Assembly: GCA_964016885.1 (NCBI GenBank)
Contig: OZ024741.1
Span: 23,994,001-24,058,000 of the forward strand
Direction of reading: 5' to 3'
Source: Eledone cirrhosa
Taxonomy: Eukaryota
DNA length: 64,000 nt
Shown here: positions 14,601 to 28,600 of the stretch, in pieces
Layout: every line of letters begins with the position of its first letter
Numbering within the stretch: position 1 is the stretch's first letter
Made by a program: the position numbers and the translations under genes
Notes under the pieces: generated by a model
What the model was told of the DNA's origin: nothing
The model's input: the letters and a program-made list of their open reading frames with translations, nothing else
The model's database searches: none

Positions 14601-15100
14601 TAATCCAGTACATATATAGTAAAAGACTGTGCTGCAGCCATGACCTAACCCTAATCCAGTACATATATAGTAAAAGACTGTGCTTCAGCCATGACCTAAC
14701 CATAATCCAGTACATATATAGTAAAAGACTGTGCTTCAGCCATGACCTAACCATAATCCAGTACATATATAGTAAAAGACTGTGCTTCAGCCATGACCTA
14801 ACCATAATCCAGTACATATATAGTAAAAGACTGTGCTTCAGCCATGACCTAACCCTAATCCAGTACATATATAGTAAAAGACTGTGCTTCAGCTGTGACC
14901 TAACTCTAATCCAGTACATATATAGTAAAAGACTGTGCTTCAGCCATGACCTAACCATAATCCAGTACATATATAGTAAAAGACTGTGCTTCAGCCATGA
15001 CCTAACCATAATCCAGTACATATATAGTAAAAGACTGTGCTTCAGCCATGACCTAACCATAATCCAGTACATATATAGTAAAAGACTGTGCTTCAGCCAT
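5600..15100 (+). repeat. B-type-rich domain with nested 54-mer (2,752 bp) and 88/89-mer (4,488/4,539 bp) duplications
   Basis: Matching variant strings lie at 6891 vs 9643 (2,752 = 54x51-2, spanning the 2-bp deletion at ~7338), 7909 vs 12448 (89x51) and 9656 vs 14144 (88x51). Shared markers include aatctagtac, aatcccgtacatatgtag, aaggctgtg, cagcaatgac and gactgtcctt. Confidence 0.85.
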
Positions 15101-15189
15101 GACCTAACCCTAATCCAGTACATATATAGTAAAAGACTGTGCTTCAGCCATGACCTAACCATAATCCAGTACATATATAGTAAAAGACT

Positions 15190-18100
15190 GTGCTGCAGCC
15201 ATGACCTAACCCTAATCCAGTACATATATAGTAAAAGACTGTGCTTCAGCCATGACCTAACCATAATCCAGTACATATATAGTAAAAGACTGTGCTTCAG
15301 CCATGACCTAACCCTAATCCAGTACATATATAGTAAAAGACTGTGCTTCAGCCATGACCTAACCATAATCCAGTACATATATAGTAAAAGACTGTGCTTC
15401 AGCCATGACCTAACCCTAATCCAGTACATATATAGTAAAAGACTGTGCTTCAGCCATGACCTAACCCTAATCCAGTACATATATAGTAAAAGACTGTGCT
15501 GCAGCCATGACCTAACCCTAATCCAGTACATATATAGTAAAAGACTGTGCTGCAGCCATGACCTAACCCTAATCCAGTACATATATAGTAAAAGACTGTG
15601 CTTCAGCTGTCACCTAACTCTAATCCAGTACATATATAGTAAAAGACTGTGCTTCAGCCATGACCTAACCCTAATCCAGTACATATATAGTAAAAGACTG
15701 TGCTGCAGCCATGACCTAACCCTAATCCAGTACATATATAGTAAAAGACTGTGCTGCAGCTGTGACCTAACCCTAATCCAGTACATATATAGTAAAAGAC
15801 CGTGCTGCAGCCATGACCTAACCCTAATCCAGTACATATATAGTAAAAGACTGTGCTGCAGCCATGACCTAACCATAATCCAGTACATATATAGTAAAAG
15901 ACTGTGCTTCAGCTGTCACCTAACCCTAATCCAGTACATATATAGTAAAAGACTGTGCTGCAGCCATGACCTAACCCTAATCCAGTACATATATAGTAAA
16001 AGACTGTGCTTCAGCTGTCACCTAACCCCAATCCAGTACATATATAGTAAAAGACTGTGCTTCAGTTGTCACCTAACTCTAATCCAGTACATATATAGTA
16101 AAAGACTGTGCTTCAGCTGTCACCTAACCCTAATCCAGTACATATATAGTAAAAGACTGTGCTTCAGCTGTCACCTATACCCTAATCCAGTACATATATA
16201 GTAAAAGACTGTGCTTCAGCTGTCACCTAACCCTAATCCAGTACATATATAGTAAAAGACTGTGCTTCAGCCATGACCTAACCCTAATCCAGTACATATA
16301 TAGTAAAAGACTGTGCTTCAGCTGTCACCTAACTCTAATCCAGTACATATATAGTAAAAGACTGTGCTGCAGCCATGACCTAACCCTAATCCAGTACATA
16401 TATAGTAAAAGACTGTGCTTCAGCTGTCACCTAACTCTAATCCAGTACATATATAGTAAAAGACTGTGCTGCAGCCATGACCTAACCCTAATCCAGTACA
16501 TATATAGTAAAAGACTGTGCTTCAGCTGTCACCTAACTCTAATCCAGTACATATATAGTAAAAGACTGTGCTTCAGCTGTCACCTAACTCTTATCCAGTA
16601 CATATATAGTAAAAGACTGTGCTGCAGCCATGAGCTAACCCTAATCCAGTACATATATAGTAAAAGACTGTGCTTCAGCTGTCACCTAACCCTAATCCAG
16701 TACATATATAGTAAAAGACTGTGCTTCAGCTGTCACCTAACTCTAATCCAGTACATATATAGTAAAAGACTGTGCTGCAGCCATGACCTAACCCTAATCC
16801 AGTACATATATAGTAAAAGACTGTGCTTCAGCTGTCACCTTAACCTAATCCAGTACATCTATAGTAAAAGACTGTGCTTCAGCCATGACCTAACCCTAAT
16901 CCAGTACATATATAGTAAAAGACTGTGCTTCAGCTGTCACCTAACTCTAATCCAGTACATATATAGTAAAAGACTGCGCTTCAGCTGTCACCTAACTCTA
17001 ATCCAGTACATATATAGTAAAAGACTGTGCTTCAGCTGTCACCTAACTCTAATCCAGTACATATATAGTAAAAGACTGTGCTTCAGCTGTCACCTAACTC
17101 TAATCCAGTACATATATAGTAAAAGACTGTGCTGCAGCCATGACCTAACCCTAATCCAGTACATATATAGTAAAAGACTGTGCTTCAGCCATGACCTAAC
17201 CATAATCCAGTACATATATAGTAAAAGACTGTGCTTCAGCCATGACCTAACCCTAATCCAGTATATATATAGTAAAAGACTGTGCTTCAGCCATGACCTA
17301 ACCATAATCCAGTACATATATAGTAAAAGACTGTGCTTCAGCCATGACCTAACCCTAATCCAGTACATATATAGTAAAAGACTGTGCTTCAGCCATGACC
17401 TAACCCTAATCCAGTACATATATAGTAAAAGACTGTGCTGCAGCCATGACCTAACCCTAATCCAGTACATATATAGTAAAAGACTGTGCTGCAGCCATGA
17501 CCTAACCCTAATCCAGTACATATATAGTAAAAGACTGTGCTTCAGCTGTCACCTAACTCTAATCCAGTACATATATAGTAAAAGACTGTGCTTCAGCCAT
17601 GACCTAACCCTAATCCAGTACATATATAGTAAAAGACTGTGCTGCAGCCATGACCTAACCCTAATCCAGTACATATATAGTAAAAGACTGTGCTGCAGCT
17701 GTGACCTAACCCTAATCCAGTACATATATAGTAAAAGACCGTGCTGCAGCCATGACCTAACCCTAATCCAGTACATATATAGTAAAAGACTGTGCTGCAG
17801 CCATGACCTAACCATAATCCAGTACATATATAGTAAAAGACTGTGCTTCAGCTGTCACCTAACCCTAATCCAGTACATATATAGTAAAAGACTGTGCTGC
17901 AGCCATGACCTAACCCTAATCCAGTACATATATAGTAAAAGACTGTGCTTCAGCTGTCACCTAACCCCAATCCAGTACATATATAGTAAAAGACTGTGCT
18001 TCAGCTGTCACCTAACTCTAATCCAGTACATATATAGTAAAAGACTGTGCTTCAGCTGTCACCTAACCCTAATCCAGTACATATATAGTAAAAGACTGTG

Positions 18101-18900
18101 CTTCAGCTGTCACCTATACCCTAATCCAGTACATATATAGTAAAAGACTGTGCTTCAGCTGTCACCTAACCCTAATCCAGTACATATATAGTAAAAGACT
18201 GTGCTTCAGCCATGACCTAACCCTAATCCAGTACATATATAGTAAAAGACTGTGCTTCAGCTGTCACCTAACTCTAATCCAGTACATATATAGTAAAAGA
18301 CTGTGCTGCAGCCATGACCTAACCCTAATCCAGTACATATATAGTAAAAGACTGTGCTTCAGCTGTCACCTAACTCTAATCCAGTACATATATAGTAAAA
18401 GACTGTGGTGCAGCCATGACCTAACCCTAATCCAGTACATATATAGTAAAAGACTGTGCTTCAGCTGTCACCTAACTCTAATCCAGTACATATATAGTAA
18501 AAGACTGTGCTTCAGCTGTCACCTAACTCTTATCCAGTACATATATAGTAAAAGACTGTGCTGCAGCCATGACCTAACCCTAATCCAGTACATATATAGT
18601 AAAAGACTGTGCTTCAGCTGTCACCTAACCCTAATCCAGTACATATATAGTAAAAGACTGTGCTTCAGCTGTCACCTAACTCTAATCCAGTACATATATA
18701 GTAAAAGACTGTGCTGCAGCCATGACCTAACCCTAATCCAGTACATATATAGTAAAAGACTGTGCTTCAGCTGTCACCTTAACCTAATCCAGTACATCTA
18801 TAGTAAAAGACTGTGCTTCAGCCATGACCTAACCCTAATCCAGTACATATATAGTAAAAGACTGTGCTTCAGCTGTCACCTAACTCTAATCCAGTACATA
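15190..18900 (+). repeat. Tandem 38-monomer duplication (1,939 bp = 38x51+1)
   Basis: The 1-bp insertion cacctataccc occurs at 16172 and 18111. The variants ctaaccccaa, ctcttatcc and caccttaacc also recur at +1,939, and ORF coordinates 15610 and 17549 match. Confidence 0.9.
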
Positions 18901-19329
18901 TATAGTAAAAGACTGTGCTGCAGCCATGACCTAACCCTAATCCAGTACATATATAGTAAAAGACTGTGCTTCAGCTGTCACCTAACTCTAATCCAGTAAA
19001 TATATAGTAAAAGACTGTGCTTCAGCTGTCACCTAACTCTAATCCCGTACATATATAGTAAAAGACTGTGCTTCAGCTGTCACCTAACTCTAATCCAGTA
19101 CATATATAGTAAAAGACTGTGCTGCAGCCATGACCTAACCCTAATCCAGTACATATATAGTAAAAGACTGTGCTGCAGCCATGACCTAACCCTAATCCAG
19201 TACATATATAGTAAAAACTGTGCTTCAGCTGTCACCTAACTCTAATCCAGTACATATATAGTAAAAGACTGTGCTTCAGCTGTCACCTAACTCTAATCCA
19301 GTACATATATAGTAAAAGACTGTGCTTCA

Positions 19330-22300
19330 GCTGTCACCTAACTCTAATCCAGTACATATATAGTAAAAGACTGTGCTGCAGCCATGACCTAACCCTAATC
19401 CAGTACATATATAGTAAAAGACTGTGCTTCAGCTGTCACCTAACTCTAATCCAGTACATATATAATAAAAGACTGTGCTTCAGCTGTCACCTAACTCTAA
19501 TCCAGTACATATATAGTAAAAGACTGTGCTTCAGCTGTCACCTAACTCTAATCCAGTACATATATAGTAAAAGACTGTGCTTCAGCTGTGACCTAACCCT
19601 TATCCAGTACATATATAGTAAAAGACTGTGCTGCAGCCATGACCTAACCCTAATCAGTACATATATAGTAAAAGACTGTGCTTCAGCTGTCACCTAACTC
19701 TAATCCAGTACATATATAGTAAAAGTCTGTGCTGCAGCCATGACCTAACCCTAATCCAGTACATATATAGTAAAAGACTGTGCTTCAGCTGTCACCTAAA
19801 CCTAATCCAGTACATCTATAGTAAAAGACTGTGCTTCAGCTGTCACCTAACTCTAATCCAGTACATATATAGTAAAAGACTGTGCTGCAGCCATGACCTA
19901 ACACTAATCCAGTACATATATAGTAAAAGACTGTGCTTCAGCTGTCACCTAAACCTAATCCAGTACATCTATAGTAAAAGACTGTGCTTCAGCTGTCACC
20001 TAACCCTAATCCAGTACATATATAGTAAAAGACTGTGCTTCAGCCATGACCTAACCCTAATCCAGTACATATATAGTAAAAGACTGTGCTTCAGCTGTCA
20101 CCTAACTCTAATCCAGTACATATATAGTAAAAGACTGTGCTGCAGCCATGACCTAACCCTAATCCAGTACATATATAGTAAAAGACTGTGCTTCAGCTGT
20201 CACCTAACTCTAATCCAGTACATATATAGTAAAAGACTGTGCTTCAGCTGTCACCTAACTCTAATCCAGTACATATATAGTAAAAGACTGTGCTGCAGCC
20301 ATGACCTAACCCTAATCCAGTACATATATAGTAAAAGACTGTGCTTCAGCTGTCACCTAACTCTAATCCAGTACATATATAGTAAAAGACTGTGCTTCAG
20401 CTGTCACCTAACTCTAATCCAGTACATATATAGTAAAAGACTGTGCTGCAGCCATGACCTAACCCTAATCCAGTACATATATAGTAAAAGACTGTGCTTC
20501 AGCTGTCACCTAACTCTAATCCAGTACATATATAGTAAAAGACTGTGCTTCAGCCATGACCTAACCATAATCCAGTACATATATAGTAAAAGACTGTGCT
20601 GCAGCCATGACCTAACCCTAATCCAGTACATATATAGTAAAAGACTGTGCTTCAGCTGTCACCTAACCCTAATCCAGTACATATATAGTAAAAGACTGTG
20701 CTTCAGCTGTCACCTAACTCTAATCCAGTACATATATAGTAAAAGACTGTGCTGCAGCCATGACCTAACCCTAATCCAGTACATATATAGTAAAAGACTG
20801 TGCTTCAGCTGTCACCTAAACCTAATCCAGTACATCTATAGTAAAAGACTGTGCTTCAGCCATGACCTAACCATAATCCAGTACATATATAGTAAAAGAC
20901 TATGCTTCAGCCATGACCTAACCATAATCCAGTACATATATAGTAAAAGACTGTGCTTCAGCCATGACCTAACCCTAATCCAGTACATATATAGTAAAAG
21001 ACTGTGCTTCAGCTGTCACCTAACTCTAATCCAGTACATATATAGTAAAAGACTGTGCTGCAGCCATGACCTAACCCTAATCCAGTACATATATAGTAAA
21101 AGACTGTGCTTCAGCTGTCACCTAACTCTAATCCAGTACATATATAATAAAAGACTGTGCTTCAGCTGTCACCTAACTCTAATCCAGTACATATATAGTA
21201 AAAGACTGTGCTTCAGCTGTCACCTAACTCTAATCCAGTACATATATAGTAAAAGACTGTGCTTCAGCTGTGACCTAACCCTTATCCAGTACATATATAG
21301 TAAAAGACTGTGCTGCAGCCATGACCTAACCCTAATCCAGTACATATATAGTAAAAGACTGTGCTTCAGCTGTCACCTAACTCTAATCCAGTACATATAT
21401 AGTAAAAGTCTGTGCTGCAGCCATGACCTAACCCTAATCCAGTACATATATAGTAAAAGACTGTGCTTCAGCTGTCACCTAAACCTAATCCAGTACATCT
21501 ATAGTAAAAGACTGTGCTTCAGCTGTCACCTAACTCTAATCCAGTACATATATAGTAAAAGACTGTGCTGCAGCCATGACCTAACCCTAATCCAGTACAT
21601 ATATAGTAAAAGACTGTGCTTCAGCTGTCACCTAAACCTAATCCAGTACATCTATAGTAAAAGACTGTGCTTCAGCTGTCACCTAACCCTAATCCAGTAC
21701 ATATATAGTAAAAGACTGTGCTTCAGCCATGACCTAACCCTAATCCAGTACATATATAGTAAAAGACTGTGCTTCAGCTGTCACCTAACTCTAATCCAGT
21801 ACATATATAGTAAAAGACTGTGCTGCAGCCATGACCTAACCCTAATCCAGTACATATATAGTAAAAGACTGTGCTTCAGCTGTCACCTAACTCTAATCCA
21901 GTACATATATAGTAAAAGACTGTGCTTCAGCTGTCACCTAACTCTAATCCAGTACATATATAGTAAAAGACTGTGCTGCAGCCATGACCTAACCCTAATC
22001 CAGTACATATATAGTAAAAGACTGTGCTTCAGCTGTCACCTAACTCTAATCCAGTACATATATAGTAAAAGACTGTGCTTCAGCTGTCACCTAACTCTAA
22101 TCCAGTACATATATAGTAAAAGACTGTGCTGCAGCCATGACCTAACCCTAATCCAGTACATATATAGTAAAAGACTGTGCTTCAGCTGTCACCTAACTCT
22201 AATCCAGTACATATATAGTAAAAGACTGTGCTTCAGCCATGACCTAACCATAATCCAGTACATATATAGTAAAAGACTGTGCTGCAGCCATGACCTAACC

Positions 22301-22680
22301 CTAATCCAGTACATATATAGTAAAAGACTGTGCTTCAGCTGTCACCTAACCCTAATCCAGTACATATATAGTAAAAGACTGTGCTTCAGCTGTCACCTAA
22401 CTCTAATCCAGTACATATATAGTAAAAGACTGTGCTGCAGCCATGACCTAACCCTAATCCAGTACATATATAGTAAAAGACTGTGCTTCAGCTGTCACCT
22501 AAACCTAATCCAGTACATCTATAGTAAAAGACTGTGCTTCAGCCATGACCTAACCATAATCCAGTACATATATAGTAAAAGACTATGCTTCAGCCATGAC
22601 CTAACCATAATCCAGTACATATATAGTAAAAGACTGTGCTTCAGCCATGACCTAACCCTAATCCAGTACATATATAGTAA
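19330..22680 (+). repeat. Tandem 33-monomer duplication (1,683 bp)
   Basis: aaaagtctgtg occurs at 19721 and 21404. tataataaaag and cccttatcc recur at the same offset, less 1 bp across the deletion at ~19655. Confidence 0.85.
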
Positions 22681-25600
22681 AAGACTGTCCTTCAGCTGTC
22701 ACCTAACCTTAATCCAGTACATATATAGTAAAAGACTGTGCTTCAGCCATGACCTAACCCTAATCCAGTACATATATAGTAAAAGACTGTGCTTCAGCCA
22801 TGACCTAACCATAATCCAGTACATATATAGTAAAAGACTGTGCTGCAGCCATGACCTAACCCTAATCCAGTACATATATAGTAAAAGACTGTGCTTCAGC
22901 CATGACCTAACCATAATCCAGTACATATATAGTAAAAGACTGTGCTTCAGCCATGACCTAACCCTAATCCAGTACATATATAGTAAAAGACTGTGCTTCA
23001 GCCATGACCTAACCATAATCCAGTACATATATAGTAAAAGACTGTGCTTCAGCTGTCACCTAAACCTAATCCAGTACATCTATAGTAAAAGACTGTGCTT
23101 CAGCTGTCACCTAACCCTAATCCAGTACATATATAGTAAAAGACTGTGCTTCAGCCATGACCTAACCCTAATCCAGTACATATATAGTAAAAGACTGTGC
23201 TTCAGCTGTCACCTAACTCTAATCCAGTACATATATAGTAAAAGACTGTGCTGCAGCCATGACCTAACCCTAATCCAGTACATATATAGTAAAAGACTGT
23301 GCTTCAGCTGTCACCTAACTCTAATCCAGTACATATATAGTAAAAGACTGTGCTGCAGCCATGACCTAACCCTAATCCAGTACATATATAGTAAAAGACT
23401 GTGCTTCAGCTGTCACCTAAACCTAATCCAGTACATCTATAGTAAAAGACTGTGCTTCAGCTGTCACCTAACTCTAATCCAGTACATATATAGTAAAAGA
23501 CTGTGCTGCAGCCATGACCTAACCCTAATCCAGTACATATATAGTAAAAGACTGTGCTTCAGCTGTCACCTAAACCTAATCCAGTACATCTATAGTAAAA
23601 GACTGTGCTTCAGCTGTCACCTAACTCTAATCCAGTACATATATAGTAAAAGACTGTGCTGCAGCCATGACCTAACCCTAATCCAGTACATATATAGTAA
23701 AAGACTGTGCTTCAGCTGTCACCTAAACCTAATCCAGTACATCTATAGTAAAAGACTGTGCTTCAGCTGTCACCTAACCCTAATCCAGTACATATATAGT
23801 AAAAGACTGTGCTTCAGCCATGACCTAACCCTAATCCAGTACATATATAGTAAAAGACTGTGCTTCAGCTGTCACCTAACTCTAATCCAGTACATATATA
23901 GTAAAAGACTGTGCTGCAGCCATGACCTAACCCTAATCCAGTACATATATAGTAAAAGACTGTGCTTCAGCTGTCACCTAACTCTAATCCAGTACATATA
24001 TAGTAAAAGACTGTGCTTCAGCTGTCACCTAAACCTAATCCAGTACATCTATAGTAAAAGACTGTGCTTCAGCTGTCACCTAACCCTAATCCAGTACATA
24101 TATAGTAAAAGACTGTGCTTCAGCCATGACCTAACCCTAATCCAGTACATATATAGTAAAAGACTGTGCTTCAGCTGTCACCTAACTCTAATCCAGTACA
24201 TATATAGTAAAAGACTGTGCTGCAGCCATGACCTAACCCTAATCCAGTACATATATAGTAAAAGACTGTGCTTCAGCTGTCACCTAACTCTAATCCAGTA
24301 CATATATAGTAAAAGACTGTGCTTCAGCTGTCACCTAACTCTAATCCAGTACATATATAGTAAAAGACTGTGCTGCAGCCATGACCTAACCCTAATCCAG
24401 TACATATATAGTAAAAGACTGTGCTTCAGCTGTCACCTAACTCTAATCCAGTACATATATAGTAAAAGACTGTGCTTCAGCTGTCACCTAACTCTAATCC
24501 AGTACATATATAGTAAAAGACTGTGCTGCAGCCATGACCTAACCCTAATCCAGTACATATATAGTAAAAGACTGTGCTTCAGCTGTCACCTAACTCTAAT
24601 CCAGTACATATATAGTAAAAGACTGTGCTTCAGCCATGACCTAACCATAATCCAGTACATATATAGTAAAAGACTGTGCTGCAGCCATGACCTAACCCTA
24701 ATCCAGTACATATATAGTAAAAGACTGTGCTTCAGCTGTCACCTAACCCTAATCCAGTACATATATAGTAAAAGACTGTGCTTCAGCTGTCACCTAACTC
24801 TAATCCAGTACATATATAGTAAAAGACTGTGCTGCAGCCATGACCTAACCCTAATCCAGTACATATATAGTAAAAGACTGTGCTTCAGCTGTCACCTAAA
24901 CCTAATCCAGTACATCTATAGTAAAAGACTGTGCTTCAGCCATGACCTAACCATAATCCAGTACATATATAGTAAAAGACTATGCTTCAGCCATGACCTA
25001 ACCATAATCCAGTACATATATAGTAAAAGACTGTGCTTCAGCCATGACCTAACCCTAATCCAGTACATATATAGTAAAAGACTGTCCTTCAGCTGTCACC
25101 TAACCTTAATCCAGTACATATATAGTAAAAGACTGTGCTTCAGCCATGACCTAACCCTAATCCAGTACATATATAGTAAAAGACTGTGCTTCAGCCATGA
25201 CCTAACCATAATCCAGTACATATATAGTAAAAGACTGTGCTGCAGCCATGACCTAACCCTAATCCAGTACATATATAGTAAAAGACTGTGCTTCAGCCAT
25301 GACCTAACCATAATCCAGTACATATATAGTAAAAGACTGTGCTTCAGCCATGACCTAACCCTAATCCAGTACATATATAGTAAAAGACTGTGCTTCAGCC
25401 ATGACCTAACCATAATCCAGTACATATATAGTAAAAGACTGTGCTTCAGCTGTCACCTAAACCTAATCCAGTACATCTATAGTAAAAGACTGTGCTTCAG
25501 CTGTCACCTAACCCTAATCCAGTACATATATAGTAAAAGACTGTGCTTCAGCCATGACCTAACCCTAATCCAGTACATATATAGTAAAAGACTGTGCTTC

Positions 25601-28600
25601 AGCTGTCACCTAACTCTAATCCAGTACATATATAGTAAAAGACTGTGCTGCAGCCATGACCTAACCCTAATCCAGTACATATATAGTAAAAGACTGTGCT
25701 TCAGCTGTCACCTAACTCTAATCCAGTACATATATAGTAAAAGACTGTGCTGCAGCCATGACCTAACCCTAATCCAGTACATATATAGTAAAAGACTGTG
25801 CTTCAGCTGTCACCTAAACCTAATCCAGTACATCTATAGTAAAAGACTGTGCTTCAGCTGTCACCTAACTCTAATCCAGTACATATATAGTAAAAGACTG
25901 TGCTGCAGCCATGACCTAACCCTAATCCAGTACATATATAGTAAAAGACTGTGCTTCAGCTGTCACCTAAACCTAATCCAGTACATCTATAGTAAAAGAC
26001 TGTGCTTCAGCTGTCACCTAACTCTAATCCAGTACATATATAGTAAAAGACTGTGCTGCAGCCATGACCTAACCCTAATCCAGTACATATATAGTAAAAG
26101 ACTGTGCTTCAGCTGTCACCTAAACCTAATCCAGTACATCTATAGTAAAAGACTGTGCTTCAGCTGTCACCTAACCCTAATCCAATACATATATAGTAAA
26201 AGACTGTGCTTCAGCCATGACCTAACCCTAATCCAGTACATATATAGTAAAAGACTGTGCTTCAGCTGTCACCTAACTCTAATCCAGTACATATATAGTA
26301 AAAGACTGTGCTGCAGCCATGACCTAACCCTAATCCAGTACATATATAGTAAAAGACTGTGCTTCAGCTGTCACCTAACTCTAATCCAGTACATATATAG
26401 TAAAAGACTGTGCTTCAGCTGTCACCTAAACCTAATCCAGTACATCTATAGTAAAAGACTGTGCTTCAGCTGTCACCTAACCCTAATCCAGTACATATAT
26501 AGTAAAAGACTGTGCTTCAGCCATGACCTAACCCTAATCCAGTACATATATAGTAAAAGACTGTGCTTCAGCTGTCACCTAACTCTAATCCAGTACATAT
26601 ATATTAAAAGACTGTGCTGCAGCCATGATCTAACCCTAATCCAGTACATATATAGTAAAAGACTGTGCTTCAGCTGTCACCTAACTCTAATCCAGTACAT
26701 ATATAGTAAAAGACTGTGCTTCAGCTGTCACCTAACTCTAATCCAGTACATATATAGTAAAAGACTGTGCTGCAGCCATGACCTAACCCTAATCCAGTAC
26801 ATATATAGTAAAAGACTGTGCTTCAGCTGTCACCTAACTCTAATCCAGTACATATATAGTAAAAGACTGTGCTTCAGCTGTCACCTAACTCTAATCCAGT
26901 ACATATATAGTAAAAGACTGTGCTGCAGCCATGACCTAACCCTAATCCAGTACATATATAGTAAAAGACTGTGCTTCAGCTGTCACCTAACTCTAATCCA
27001 GTACATATATAGTAAAAGACTCTGCTTCAGCCATGACCTAACCATAATCCAGTACATATATAGTAAAAGACTGTGCTGCAGCCATGACCTAACCCTAATC
27101 CAGTACATATATAGTAAAAGACTGTGCTTCAGCCATGACCTAACCATAATCCAGTACATATATAGTAAAAGACTGTGCTTCAGCCATGACCTAACCCTAA
27201 TCCAGTACATATATAGTAAAAGACTGTGCTTCAGCCATGACCTAACCATAATCCAGTACATATATAGTAAAAGACTGTGCTTCAGCTGTCACCTAAACCT
27301 AATCCAGTACATCTATAGTAAAAGACTGTGCTTCAGCTGTCACCTAACCCTAATCCAGTACATATATAGTAAAAGACTGTGCTTCAGCCATGACCTAACC
27401 CTAATCCAGTACATATATAGTAAAAGACTGTGCTTCAGCTGTCACCTAACTCTAATCCAGTACATATATAGTAAAAGACTGTGCTGCAGCCATGACCTAA
27501 CCCTAATCCAGTACATATATAGTAAAAGACTGTGCTTCAGCTGTCACCTAACTCTAATCCAGTACATATATAGTAAAAGACTGTGCTGCAGCCATGACCT
27601 AACCCTAATCCAGTACATATATAGTAAAAGACTGTGCTTCAGCTGTCACCTAAACCTAATCCAGTACATCTATAGTAAAAGACTGTGCTTCAGCTGTCAC
27701 CTAACTCTAATCCAGTACATATATAGTAAAAGACTGTGCTGCAGCCATGACCTAACCCTAATCCAGTACATATATAGTAAAAGACTGTGCTTCAGCTGTC
27801 ACCTAAACCTAATCCAGTACATCTATAGTAAAAGACTGTGCTTCAGCTGTCACCTAACTCTAATCCAGTACATATATAGTAAAAGACTGTGCTGCAGCCA
27901 TGACCTAACCCTAATCCAGTACATATATAGTAAAAGACTGTGCTTCAGCTGTCACCTAAACCTAATCCAGTACATCTATAGTAAAAGACTGTGCTTCAGC
28001 TGTCACCTAACCCTAATCCAGTACATATATAGTAAAAGACTGTGCTTCAGCCATGACCTAACCCTAATCCAGTACATATATAGTAAAAGACTGTGCTTCA
28101 GCTGTCACCTAACTCTAATCCAGTACATATATAGTAAAAGACTGTGCTGCAGCCATGACCTAACCCTAATCCAGTACATATATAGTAAAAGACTGTGCTT
28201 CAGCTGTCACCTAACTCTAATCCAGTACATATATAGTAAAAGACTGTGCTTCAGCTGTCACCTAAACCTAATCCAGTACATCTATAGTAAAAGACTGTGC
28301 TTCAGCTGTCACCTAACCCTAATCCAGTACATATATAGTAAAAGACTGTGCTTCAGCCATGACCTAACCCTAATCCAGTACATATATAGTAAAAGACTGT
28401 GCTTCAGCTGTCACCTAACTCTAATCCAGTACATATATAGTAAAAGACTGTGCTGCAGCCATGACCTAACCCTAATCCAGTACATATATAGTAAAAGACT
28501 GTGCTTCAGCTGTCACCTAACTCTAATCCAGTACATATATAGTAAAAGACTGTGCTTCAGCTGTCACCTAACTCTAATCCAGTACATATATAGTAAAAGA

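Noticed and set aside
14590-15582. - strand (MYWIRVRSWLKHSLLLY)n ORFs
   Set aside because: They simply mark runs lacking type-A monomers, whose gtcacc reads as TGA on the - strand. There is no independent evidence of coding.
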